In this document: piece by piece, positions 36,073 through 44,884 of the stretch | Layout of the letters: each line of letters starts with the position of its first letter | Numbering within the stretch: position 1 is the stretch's first letter | NCBI GenBank assembly: GCA_964350265.1 | Contig: CAYGJZ010000008.1 | Location: 1,097-65,096 of the forward strand | Direction: 5' to 3' | Source of the DNA: an uncultured Gammaproteobacteria bacterium | Lineage (GTDB): Bacteria; Pseudomonadota; Gammaproteobacteria; Arenicellales; CAJQKF01 | Length of the DNA: 64,000 nt | Program-made: the position numbers and the translations under genes | Notes under the pieces: generated by a model | What the model saw: only the letters and a program-made list of their open reading frames with translations | Database searches by the model: none | What the model was told of the DNA's origin: nothing

Positions 36073-37395
36073 ATGAGCGAAACACCGCGCAACGCGCACG
36101 AAGAATCCGGCACGCCGCTGGTGGCGGTGGTGGGCCTGGGCTACGTCGGCCTGCCGCTGGCGGCGGCCTTCGGCCGCAGCATGGAGGTGATCGGCTACGA
36201 CCTTTCCAGTACGCGGGTGGACGAATGCCGTCGCGGCATCGACGTGCGCGGCGATGTCGACGCCGGGAAACTGGAAGCGGCCACCCGGCTGCGCTTCACC
36301 GATCGCATCGAGGACATTGCCGAGGCCGACTTCATCATCGTCGCCGTGCCGACCCCGGTGGACGAGGCCCGGCGCCCGGACTTCGAGCCGCTGATCGCCG
36401 CCAGCCGCGCCGTCGGCGGGGTGATGAAGCGTGGCGCGGTGGTGGTCTACGAGTCCACCGTCTACCCCGGCGCCACCGAGGAAGTCTGCGTTCCGGAACT
36501 GGAGCGGCATGCCTCGATGCGCTGGATGGAGGACTTCCACGTCGCCTACTCGCCGGAGCGGGTCAACCCCGGCGACAGCGAGCACGGGCTGGAGAACATC
36601 GTCAAGATCGTGGCCGGCGACGATGCCGCAACGCGCACCGCGGTAGCGCGGCTCTACGGCGAGGTGGTCACCGCCGGCATCCACGAGGTCGACAACATCC
36701 GCGAGGCCGAGGCGGCCAAGGTCATCGAGAATACCCAGCGCGACCTCAACATCGCCCTGGTCAACGAGCTGGCGGTGCTGTTCGACCGCATGGGCATCGA
36801 CACCGGCCGGGTGCTCAAGGCGGCGCAGACGAAGTGGAACTTCCTGCCCTTCAAGCCCGGCCTGGTCGGCGGTCACTGCATCGGCGTGGATCCCTACTAC
36901 CTGACCTACAAGGCGCAGATGGTCGGCTACCACCCCGAGGTGATCCTCGCCGGGCGCAAGATCAACGACAGCATGGGCAGCTTCATCGTCGGTCGCATCG
37001 TCAAGAAAATGGCGCAGTCGCGCATCGACATGCGCAATGCGCGCATCGCCATCTGCGGCCTGACCTTCAAGGAGAACTGCGCCGACCTGCGCAACTCCAA
37101 GGTGCATGGCATCTACCAGGAACTGGCCGAGTACCAGCCCGCCGAGATCCTGATCCACGACCCCATTGCCCTGGCCGACGAAGTCGCCGGCTTCTACGGC
37201 AGCGGGCCGACTTCCTGGGACGAGCTCCACGCGGTGGACGTGCTGGTGCTCGCCGTCGCCCACCGCTTCTACGCCGGCAAGCCGGTGGCCGCCTTCCGCG
37301 AGAAGCTCAGCCAGCCGGCGGTGGTGATCGACGTCAAGTCCCTGTTCACGCCGGAAGATTTCGACGATCCGGCGATTCACTACTGGCGCCTGTAG
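36073..37395 (+). CDS. UDP-N-acetylhexosamine / nucleotide-sugar 6-dehydrogenase (WbpO/TviB/CapL-like)
   Basis: AVVGLGYVGLPLAAAF, VYESTVYPGATEE, AYSPERVNPGD, GGHCIGVDPYYL and CGLTFKENCADLRNS. The ATG at 36073 lies inside track ORF 34774..37395. Confidence 0.88.
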   Translation: MSETPRNAHEESGTPLVAVVGLGYVGLPLAAAFGRSMEVIGYDLSSTRVDECRRGIDVRGDVDAGKLEAATRLRFTDRIEDIAEADFIIVAVPTPVDEARRPDFEPLIAASRAVGGVMKRGAVVVYESTVYPGATEEVCVPELERHASMRWMEDFHVAYSPERVNPGDSEHGLENIVKIVAGDDAATRTAVARLYGEVVTAGIHEVDNIREAEAAKVIENTQRDLNIALVNELAVLFDRMGIDTGRVLKAAQTKWNFLPFKPGLVGGHCIGVDPYYLTYKAQMVGYHPEVILAGRKINDSMGSFIVGRIVKKMAQSRIDMRNARIAICGLTFKENCADLRNSKVHGIYQELAEYQPAEILIHDPIALADEVAGFYGSGPTSWDELHAVDVLVLAVAHRFYAGKPVAAFREKLSQPAVVIDVKSLFTPEDFDDPAIHYWRL

Positions 37396-37434
37396 GACAA
37401 GACGGGCGCGTCTACACGGGAGAACGAGGAAAGC

Positions 37435-38445
37435 ATGCCGATTCTGGTAACCGGGGCCGCGGGATTCATCGGGTCATCCATCGCGTTGCGCAAGCTCGAC
37501 GACGGCGAGGAAGTCGTCGGCGTGGACAACCTGAGCGACTACTACGACGTCAACCTGAAGCGCTCGCGCCTCGAGCGCCTGGCCGATCATGCCGGCTTCA
37601 CCTTCGAGCAACTGGACATTGCCGACCGTGACGGCGTGGCGGCGCTGTTCCAGCGGCATCGATTCGACGGCGTGGTACATCTGGCTGCACAGGCCGGGGT
37701 GCGCTATTCCATCGAGAACCCGCAGTCCTACATCGACACCAACCTGGTCGGCCACGCCAACATCCTCGAGGGCTGCCGTCACGGCGGCGTCGGACACCTG
37801 GTCTATGCCTCCTCGAGCTCGGTGTACGGTGCCAACACGGCGCTCCCGTTCTCCGAGCACCACAACGTCGACCACCCGATCTCCCTCTACGCCGCCACCA
37901 AGAAGGCCAACGAGCTCGTATCGCACTCGTACTCCCACCTCTACCGGCTGCCGACCACCGGCCTGCGCTTCTTCACCGTCTACGGGCCCTGGGGACGGCC
38001 GGACATGGCACTGTTCCTGTTTACCCGCGCCATTCTCGAGGGCCGGCCGCTGCCGGTGTTCAACCACGGCCGCATGGTGCGCGACTTCACCTTCATCGAC
38101 GACATCGTCGAGGGCATTGCCCGGGTCCTGGCACGGCCGGCCGCGCCGCGGCCGGACTGGTCGTCGGACGATCCCGACCCGGCGTCGAGCAATGCACCCT
38201 ACCGGGTCTACAACATCGGCAACTCCCGCCCGGTGGAGCTGATGCGCTACATCGAGGTGCTGGAGAGCTGTCTCGGCCGCAAGGCACAGCTGGAGCTTCT
38301 GCCGATGCAGGACGGCGACGTGCCCGCCACCACCGCCGATGTCACCGAGCTGGCAGCCGATTTCGGCTACCACCCGGCGACCACGGTGGAGGAGGGCATC
38401 GAGCGCTTCGTTGCCTGGTACCGCGACTACTATGGCGTCGCCTGA
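37435..38445 (+). CDS. NAD-dependent nucleotide-sugar (UDP-glucuronate-type) 4-epimerase
   Basis: ILVTGAAGFIGS, ASSSSVYG, YAATKKANE and FFTVYGPWGRPDMA are typical of CapI/LpsL/Gla-type epimerases. Confidence 0.85.
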   Translation: MPILVTGAAGFIGSSIALRKLDDGEEVVGVDNLSDYYDVNLKRSRLERLADHAGFTFEQLDIADRDGVAALFQRHRFDGVVHLAAQAGVRYSIENPQSYIDTNLVGHANILEGCRHGGVGHLVYASSSSVYGANTALPFSEHHNVDHPISLYAATKKANELVSHSYSHLYRLPTTGLRFFTVYGPWGRPDMALFLFTRAILEGRPLPVFNHGRMVRDFTFIDDIVEGIARVLARPAAPRPDWSSDDPDPASSNAPYRVYNIGNSRPVELMRYIEVLESCLGRKAQLELLPMQDGDVPATTADVTELAADFGYHPATTVEEGIERFVAWYRDYYGVA

Positions 38446-38502
38446 ACCGCGTTCACGGCCCGCGCCGGACGCTACACCCGAAGACCCCGACCCGAGAACA
38501 GC

Positions 38503-39600
38503 ATGTACAACGTAAAGATCCACGGCGCCGGTTCCATCGGCAACCATCTGGCCCATGCCTGCCGCGGCAAGCGCTGGCAGGTGACCATGTGCGACCTCGA
38601 TCCCGATGCCCTGCGACGAACCCGCGAGGACATCTACCCGTCCCGCTACGGCGCCTGGGACGACGGCATACGCCTGGCCACGGTGGACGAAGCCGCCGAC
38701 GCCCCGTGCGACTTCGCCATCGTCGGCACGCCGCCGGACACGCACCTGGACATCGTGCTGTCGATGCTCGACGGCAGTGGCCCGGTGCCGCGGGTGGTGC
38801 TGGTGGAAAAGCCGTTGTGCGGCCCGGACCTGGCGCGCTGCGAGGAACTGCTGCGCAAGTCGGAGGAGAAGGGCGTGCAGGTGCTGGTCGGCTACAACCA
38901 CGTGCTCACCCCGATCACCGCCGCTGCCGATGCCTTCATCGATGACGGCGGACTCGGCGACGCGCAGACCCTGACGGTGAACTGGATCGAGCACTGGGGC
39001 GGCATCTTCGCCGCCCATCCCTGGCTGGCCGGCCCGGCCGACAGCTACCTCGGTCATGCCTCGCGGGGCGGCGGCGCCTGCGCCGAGCACTCCCACGGCA
39101 TCAACATCTGGCAGCACTTCGCCCATGTCGTCGGTGCCGGTCGTGTCGCCAGCGTCTCGGCGACGCTGGACATGGTGCGTGGCGACGGTGTCGACTACGA
39201 CCGCATTGCCCAGTTGCACCTGGTCAGCGAGAACGGCCTGGTCGGCTACGTCGTCCAGGACGTGGTCACCACCCCGGCGCGCAAGATGCTCCGGCTGCAG
39301 GGAGAGCGCGGCGCCATCGAGTGGGAGGCCAATGCCGACAAGGAACACGACCAGGTGCGTTTCCGCGAGGGCGATGCCTGGCGCGAACAACGGGTGCGCA
39401 AGACCCGCCCCGACGACTTCGTTGGCGAGATCGACCACGTCGGTGCCCTGCTCGACGGCAGCACGGCCGAGTCTCCCATTTCCCTTGCGCGCGGACTCGA
39501 CACCATGATGGTGATCGCGGCGGCACACCGCTCTGCCGCCGAGGGCAGGACCGTGCATATCGACTACGCCCGCGGCTGTACGCCCGACGCCATTGAATGA
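38503..39600 (+). CDS. Gfo/Idh/MocA-like NAD(P) oxidoreductase
   Basis: It has an N-terminal Rossmann fold (KIHGAGSIGNHLA), then VGTPPDTHLDIV and VLVEKPL (the EKP motif). Confidence 0.7.
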   Translation: MYNVKIHGAGSIGNHLAHACRGKRWQVTMCDLDPDALRRTREDIYPSRYGAWDDGIRLATVDEAADAPCDFAIVGTPPDTHLDIVLSMLDGSGPVPRVVLVEKPLCGPDLARCEELLRKSEEKGVQVLVGYNHVLTPITAAADAFIDDGGLGDAQTLTVNWIEHWGGIFAAHPWLAGPADSYLGHASRGGGACAEHSHGINIWQHFAHVVGAGRVASVSATLDMVRGDGVDYDRIAQLHLVSENGLVGYVVQDVVTTPARKMLRLQGERGAIEWEANADKEHDQVRFREGDAWREQRVRKTRPDDFVGEIDHVGALLDGSTAESPISLARGLDTMMVIAAAHRSAAEGRTVHIDYARGCTPDAIE

Positions 39601-39624
39601 CCACGACGCGACTACGGTGACCCC

Positions 39625-41142
39625 ATGAAGCGATTTGACTTTGACGACCTGTTCATCCTCGACCTGGCCAACAACCACCAGGGTGATGTCGGCCATGCCC
39701 TGAACATCATCCGCGGGGCCGGCGAAATCGTGCGCAGGCACGGCGTGCGCGCGGCCCTGAAGTTCCAGTTCCGCCAGCTCGACACCTTCGTGCACCCGAC
39801 CCATCGCGAGGGCAGCGACAACAAGCACATCCCGCGCTTCCTCGGCACGCGGCTGAACACCGACGACTATGCACGGTTGGCCGATGCCGTGCGCGAGGCC
39901 GGCATGATCACCATGGCCACGCCCTTCGACGAGGAGTCGCTGAAGATCATCGACGACCTCGACATCGAGATGGTCAAGGTGGCGAGCTGCTCGGCGGCGG
40001 ATACGCCGCTCCTGGAAAGCATTGCCGAGGCCAAGAAACCGGTGGTGGCTTCCACTGCCGGGCTGACCCTGACCCAGATCGACAACCTGGTGAACCTGTT
40101 CGATCTCAAGGGCGTGGACTTCGCGGTGATGCACTGCGTGGCCATCTACCCGACGCCGATGGACAAGCTGCGCCTGAACCAGATCGAGTTGCTGCGTTCC
40201 CGCTACCCGGGTGTGCGCATCGGCTTCTCCACCCACGAGGACCCGAACAGCGACCTGCCGGTGCGCATCGCGGTGGCCAAGGGCGCGCGCCTGTTCGAGC
40301 GGCACATCGGCCTGAATACCGACAAGTACACGCTGAACGGCTATTCCTCCACTCCCGAGCAGCTCGACCGCTGGATCGCCGCCTACCACGAGGCCCGCGC
40401 CATCTGCGGTGGCGAGAACCGCTCGCCGTCGACGCCGGAGGAAATCGATTCCCTGCGCACCCTGCAGCGCGGCGTGTTCGCCAGGGAGAAGATCGCCAAG
40501 GGCGACACCGTGCGTCGCGACCAGGTCTACTTCGCCATGCCCTGGCAGCCCGGCGGGCTGACCAGCGGCAAGTGGCACGATGCCATCGTCGCCGATCGCG
40601 ACTACGACAAGGACGAGGCGCTGGCCGAGTCGCTGGCCGGGTCGAAGCCCGGCACCGACCAGGTCGTGCACGGCATCGTGCTGCAGGTCAAGGGCATGCT
40701 CAACAATGCCCGCATCGTGGTCGGCCCGGACAGCTCGGTGGAGATTTCCCATCACTACGGGCTGGACCGCTTCCGCGAGTTCGGCGCGGTGATCATCGAC
40801 TGCGTCAACCGCGAGTACTGCAAGAAGCTGCTGGTGATGCTGCCGCGGCAGAAGCACCCCTACCACTACCACAAGCGCAAGGAAGAGACCTTCCAGTTGC
40901 TGCACGGCGACATGGAGATCGAGGCCGACGGCCATGTCACCCGCATGCAGCCCGGCGACACCTTCCTGGTCTCTCCCGGGACCTGGCACAAGTTCCATAC
41001 CCTGGACGGCGCCATCGTCGAGGAAGTGTCCACCACGCACTTCAAGAACGATTCGTTCTACGAGGACGAGCAGATTGCCCGGCTGAAGCTGGAGGAGCGC
41101 AAGACGCGCGTCCCGAGCCTCGGCGGCGTGGCCAGGATCTGA
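39625..41142 (+). CDS. NeuB-family ulosonic-acid synthase fused to a SAF domain and a C-terminal D-lyxose/D-mannose-isomerase-like cupin
   Basis: NeuB-like TIM-barrel motifs are ILDLANNHQGD, ALKFQ, TPFDEESL, VKVASCS, VASTAG and FSTHE. The SAF-like segment is RGVFAREKIAKGDTVRRDQVYFAMP. The cupin is KKLLVMLPRQKHPYHYHKRKEETFQLLHGDMEIE...GTWHKFHT...EEVSTTHFKNDSFYED. Confidence 0.8.
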   Translation: MKRFDFDDLFILDLANNHQGDVGHALNIIRGAGEIVRRHGVRAALKFQFRQLDTFVHPTHREGSDNKHIPRFLGTRLNTDDYARLADAVREAGMITMATPFDEESLKIIDDLDIEMVKVASCSAADTPLLESIAEAKKPVVASTAGLTLTQIDNLVNLFDLKGVDFAVMHCVAIYPTPMDKLRLNQIELLRSRYPGVRIGFSTHEDPNSDLPVRIAVAKGARLFERHIGLNTDKYTLNGYSSTPEQLDRWIAAYHEARAICGGENRSPSTPEEIDSLRTLQRGVFAREKIAKGDTVRRDQVYFAMPWQPGGLTSGKWHDAIVADRDYDKDEALAESLAGSKPGTDQVVHGIVLQVKGMLNNARIVVGPDSSVEISHHYGLDRFREFGAVIIDCVNREYCKKLLVMLPRQKHPYHYHKRKEETFQLLHGDMEIEADGHVTRMQPGDTFLVSPGTWHKFHTLDGAIVEEVSTTHFKNDSFYEDEQIARLKLEERKTRVPSLGGVARI

Positions 41143-41178
41143 CCCGGTGACCACGTTCCTTCCCCGCTGCCCGCGCCG

Positions 41179-41886
41179 ATGCTGAACGATCGTCGCATCC
41201 TGGTGGTGGTGCCGGCCCGCGGCGGCAGCAAGGGCGTGCCGCTGAAGAACCTGCGCACGGTGGGCGGGACCTCGCTGGTGGCCCACGTCGGCAGGGTGCT
41301 GGCCGAGATGCCCGAGGTCGACCGGGCGGTGGTGTCCACCGACCACGAGGGCATTGCCGAGGCGGCGCGGGCGGCGGGCATCGACGCCCCGTTCCTGCGT
41401 CCGCCGGCGCTGTCCGGTGATCGCATCGGCGACTACGAGGTGCTGTGCCATGCCCTCGAGGCCACCGAGGCGGTGGACGGCCAGCGCTACGACGTCATCG
41501 TCATGCTGCAGCCGACCTCGCCGCTGCGTACCCCGGCGCAGGTCCGCGAAACGCTGACCCGCCTGGTCGACGGCGACTACGACGCGGTGTGGACGGTGAG
41601 CGCCACCGACCTGAAGCATCACCCGCTGAAGCAGCTCGTGATCGACGACGGCGGCGGCATGTCGCTGTACGACGACGCCGGCCGGGCCATCATTGCCCGC
41701 CAGCAGCTCACGCCGACCTACCATCGCAACGGCATTGCCTATGCCTTCACCCGCCAGTGTCTGGTGGAGCAGGGCAGCATCTACGGCAAGCGCATGGGCG
41801 CCGTGGTCATCCACGGGCCGGTGGTCAACATCGATACCGAGGACGATCTCAATCGTGCCAATGCCCTCGTCAGCGCGCCTCGTTGA
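41179..41886 (+). CDS. Acylneuraminate-type cytidylyltransferase (CMP-ulosonic acid synthetase)
   Basis: ILVVVPARGGSKGVPLKNL, LQPTSPLR and RQQLTPTYHRNGIAYAF are CTP_transf_3 hallmarks. Confidence 0.85.
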   Translation: MLNDRRILVVVPARGGSKGVPLKNLRTVGGTSLVAHVGRVLAEMPEVDRAVVSTDHEGIAEAARAAGIDAPFLRPPALSGDRIGDYEVLCHALEATEAVDGQRYDVIVMLQPTSPLRTPAQVRETLTRLVDGDYDAVWTVSATDLKHHPLKQLVIDDGGGMSLYDDAGRAIIARQQLTPTYHRNGIAYAFTRQCLVEQGSIYGKRMGAVVIHGPVVNIDTEDDLNRANALVSAPR

Positions 41887-41957
41887 GCGGCGTGCCGGCA
41901 CGTCGGGGGGTGTTTCGGCGACTGCGCTGGCTGGGTCTTCGCCGGCGTCATCCGGTG

Positions 41958-43061
41958 ATGCTGGTGGACACCGGTGCCGAGTACCTGCATCCGTGCCTGC
42001 CCGAGGATGCCCGTCCGCTGGAGGTGGCGATTCGCGGCGAGTACTACCACCTCGGCCCGCGGGTCGCCTACTTCGCACTGCGCCTGGCCCTGCGTCGGCG
42101 ACGCCTCGGGCTCGGCCTGCGCGGGTTGTACGTGGCCGCAGTGGCCCGCGCGGTGGAAGCACGGGTGGCGGTGACGCTGATCGACAACAACAACTGGGAC
42201 GTCGGCCTGGTCGAGGCCGGTCGCTGCCGGGTGGTCTGCGTCCAGAACGGCTGGCGGCATCCGGCCCATGTCGGCGCCAAGCACTTTGACATCTACTGTG
42301 CCATCAATGCCCTGCCGGTGGATCCGGCCCTCGACTTCGCCATCACGGTGCGCGACTTCCATGCCGTGGGTCACCTGAAGATGGGCCTGTACCGCGCCCT
42401 GCGCGAACGCGAACCGGCGCCACCACCGGCGGTGCCGGCGCCGGTGCTGTGGATCTCCCAGTACCGGGTTTTCCGCTACAACAACCCCGATGCCGATCCG
42501 GCGGCGGTGTCGATCAAGCGCATGGAAGCCCTGGGTGCGGCCCACGCCGCACGTTTCGCCCGTGAACAGGGGCGGCCGATGCTGGTGGCACCGGCCTGGG
42601 CGAAGAAGCGGGTCGGACGCGAGGAAGAGGACCGCTTCTTCGCCGATGCCAGCGAGGGCCATGCCCACTTGCCCGAGTACGGCGACAATGCCTGGGGCGC
42701 CTACGACCTGGTGGCCGCCGCCGACCTGGTGGTCGGGGTGTACTCGACGTTGTTGTTCGAGGCCCTGTCGGTGGGGCGCAAGGCGCTGCTGTTCCTGCCC
42801 GCGGAGATGACCGAGGGCTGCAACTACGTGGCTGCCGGCCTGGTGCTGGAGCGGGTCGAGCGGATCGCGGTAACCACCCCGGACTACGAGTCCTTCGCCG
42901 ACAAGGCGGCGATGATCCTGGCCATGAACGACGACGAGTACCTTGCCTGGATCGCCCCGTTCAAGGCGTCGGTGGCACCCTTCGACTTCGATGACTACCC
43001 GCAGCAGCGGATCCGGCGCATCGTCGCCGACCAGTTGCACGGATCGTCCCGGCGGTCATGA
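41958..43061 (+). CDS. Hypothetical protein, possible GT-B-like transferase
   Basis: It lies in the frame of track ORF 41445..43061. The first ATG is at 41958 (MLVDTGAEY). Alternative starts are a TTG at 41883, which forms a TTGA overlap with the upstream stop, and a GTG at 41892. The C-terminal DLVAAADLVVGVYSTLLFEALSVGRKALLF resembles the C-domain of GT-B transferases. Confidence 0.5.
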   Translation: MLVDTGAEYLHPCLPEDARPLEVAIRGEYYHLGPRVAYFALRLALRRRRLGLGLRGLYVAAVARAVEARVAVTLIDNNNWDVGLVEAGRCRVVCVQNGWRHPAHVGAKHFDIYCAINALPVDPALDFAITVRDFHAVGHLKMGLYRALREREPAPPPAVPAPVLWISQYRVFRYNNPDADPAAVSIKRMEALGAAHAARFAREQGRPMLVAPAWAKKRVGREEEDRFFADASEGHAHLPEYGDNAWGAYDLVAAADLVVGVYSTLLFEALSVGRKALLFLPAEMTEGCNYVAAGLVLERVERIAVTTPDYESFADKAAMILAMNDDEYLAWIAPFKASVAPFDFDDYPQQRIRRIVADQLHGSSRRS

Positions 43062-44860
43062 GCAGCCTGGCCGAATCGCTGTCGCGCTTCTCCTGGCTGC
43101 TGACCCGCAAGGAGCGTCTGAACGCGGGCATCCTGTCGCTGGCCCTGTTGCTCAATGCACTGCTGGAAGTGGTGGGCATCGGCGTGGTGCCGGCCTATGT
43201 CGGCGTGGTCGCCTTTCCCGAGCGCTTCATGGAACTGCCGCTGGTGAAGTCCTGGCTGGTGCCCTGGTTCGGCGTGCCGAGCCAGGAGATGCTGCTGGTG
43301 GGGTTCAGCATCGCCATCGCCGTGTTCTTCGGCCTGAAGCTGCTGTTCATGGTGGTGCTGACGTGGTGGAAGAACATCTACGTAAACAACCGCGTCATCA
43401 ACCTGTCCGACCGGCTGTTCCGCGGCTACATGCGCGCACCGTACACCTTCCACCTGGAACGCAACGTTGCCGAGATGATGCGCTCGCTCAACCAGGACTG
43501 CATCCTGGTCGGTCGCAAGGTGTTGCTGCCGATGCTGGAGTTTCTCTCCCACCTGATGATCTTCGTCGCCGTCATGGTGCTGCTGCTGGTGGTGTCGCCG
43601 GGCTTCGCGCTGCTGTCGGTGGCGCTGTTCGTGGCCATCAGCTTCGTCGGCGTGAAGGCGCTGCACTCGCGGCTGCGCGATCTAGGCGTCAATGCCAAGC
43701 GCCTGCGTGGCAGCATCAACCGCGACGTCTACGAGGGTCTGCTCGGGGTCAAGGAGATCAAGGTGCTGGGGCGCGAGGGGTTCTTCCTGCGCCGCTTCCA
43801 CAAGTCCATCTGCAAGTTGTTCGAGATCGAGCGCTACATGTACGTGCTCAACATGTCGATCAACCCGTTCATCGAGTGGGTCAGCGTCATCGGCCTGGTC
43901 GGCGGCATCGTCATCCTGTTCTACAGCGGCCAGGCCATCGAGGAGATCGTCACCACCATCGTGCTGTTCGCGGTCGCCCTGGTGCGCCTGAAGAGCGTGG
44001 CCGGCAACATGATGAGCCGCTACGCCACCATCCAGCACAACCTGGTGTCGCTGGACACCATCTACAACGAGCTGCGCCAGGTCGGCGACTCCGGGTCGGC
44101 CAGCATGGAGGCGGAGGTCAGCCGTCCTCCGCTGGACGGCTTCGAACTGCAACTGCGCGACCTGTCCTACGGCTACCCGGGTGCACCGCGGCCGGCCATC
44201 GAGCACATCGACATGACCATTCGCCGCGGCGAGGCGGTGGGCTTCGTGGGCAGCAGCGGCGCCGGCAAGACCACGCTGGTAGACGTCATCCTCGGCGTGC
44301 TCGAGCCCACCGGGGGGCAGATCCTGGTCAACGGGCGCAACATCCACGACGACCTGCCGGCCTGGCAGCGCAACATCGGCTACATCCCGCAGACCATGTA
44401 CCTGGTCGACGGCAGCATCGCGCAGAACATCTGCCTGGGGCTGGAGCCGTCCGCCATCGACCGTGCCCGGATCGAGGCCGCCGTCGATGCCGCCGACCTG
44501 CGCGCCTTCGTCGAGGACTCCGCCAACGGCCTGGAGACGGTGGTGGGCGACCGCGGCATCCGCATTTCCGGCGGCCAGCGACAGCGCATCGCCATTGCCC
44601 GTGCCCTGTATGCCAACCCGTCCATGCTGATCATGGACGAGGCCACCTCGGCGCTGGACAGCGTCACCGAATCCGCGGTCATCGATGCCGTCAACGCCCT
44701 CAAGGGCGAACGCACCATCCTGCTGGTGGCCCATCGCATCAGCACGCTGAAGAGCTGCGATCGCATCGTCATGCTCGATCGCGGCCAGGTGGTGGCCATG
44801 GACAGCTACGATGCCCTGCTCGCCGGCAACAGCGATTTCCGCCGTCTTGCCGGCCTCTAG
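43058..44860 (+). CDS. ABC exporter, fused transmembrane and ATPase domains (MsbA/PglK-like)
   Basis: A six-TM N-half is followed by Walker A GSSGAGKTT, signature ISGGQRQR and Walker B LIMDEATSALD. An ATGA overlap links it to the upstream gene. Confidence 0.9.
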   Translation: MSSLAESLSRFSWLLTRKERLNAGILSLALLLNALLEVVGIGVVPAYVGVVAFPERFMELPLVKSWLVPWFGVPSQEMLLVGFSIAIAVFFGLKLLFMVVLTWWKNIYVNNRVINLSDRLFRGYMRAPYTFHLERNVAEMMRSLNQDCILVGRKVLLPMLEFLSHLMIFVAVMVLLLVVSPGFALLSVALFVAISFVGVKALHSRLRDLGVNAKRLRGSINRDVYEGLLGVKEIKVLGREGFFLRRFHKSICKLFEIERYMYVLNMSINPFIEWVSVIGLVGGIVILFYSGQAIEEIVTTIVLFAVALVRLKSVAGNMMSRYATIQHNLVSLDTIYNELRQVGDSGSASMEAEVSRPPLDGFELQLRDLSYGYPGAPRPAIEHIDMTIRRGEAVGFVGSSGAGKTTLVDVILGVLEPTGGQILVNGRNIHDDLPAWQRNIGYIPQTMYLVDGSIAQNICLGLEPSAIDRARIEAAVDAADLRAFVEDSANGLETVVGDRGIRISGGQRQRIAIARALYANPSMLIMDEATSALDSVTESAVIDAVNALKGERTILLVAHRISTLKSCDRIVMLDRGQVVAMDSYDALLAGNSDFRRLAGL

Positions 44861-44884
44861 CCTTGAGTCCGGGCAGCGGACCCG

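Noticed and set aside
42240-42275. An HP dipeptide (NGWRHPAHVG) in the 41958..43061 protein. I considered it as the sialyltransferase catalytic HP motif.
   Set aside because: It lies in the N-terminal half, about 170 residues before the GT-B-like C-terminal helix. It is not preceded by a D/E-D/E-G motif. That order does not match known bacterial sialyltransferases as I remember them.
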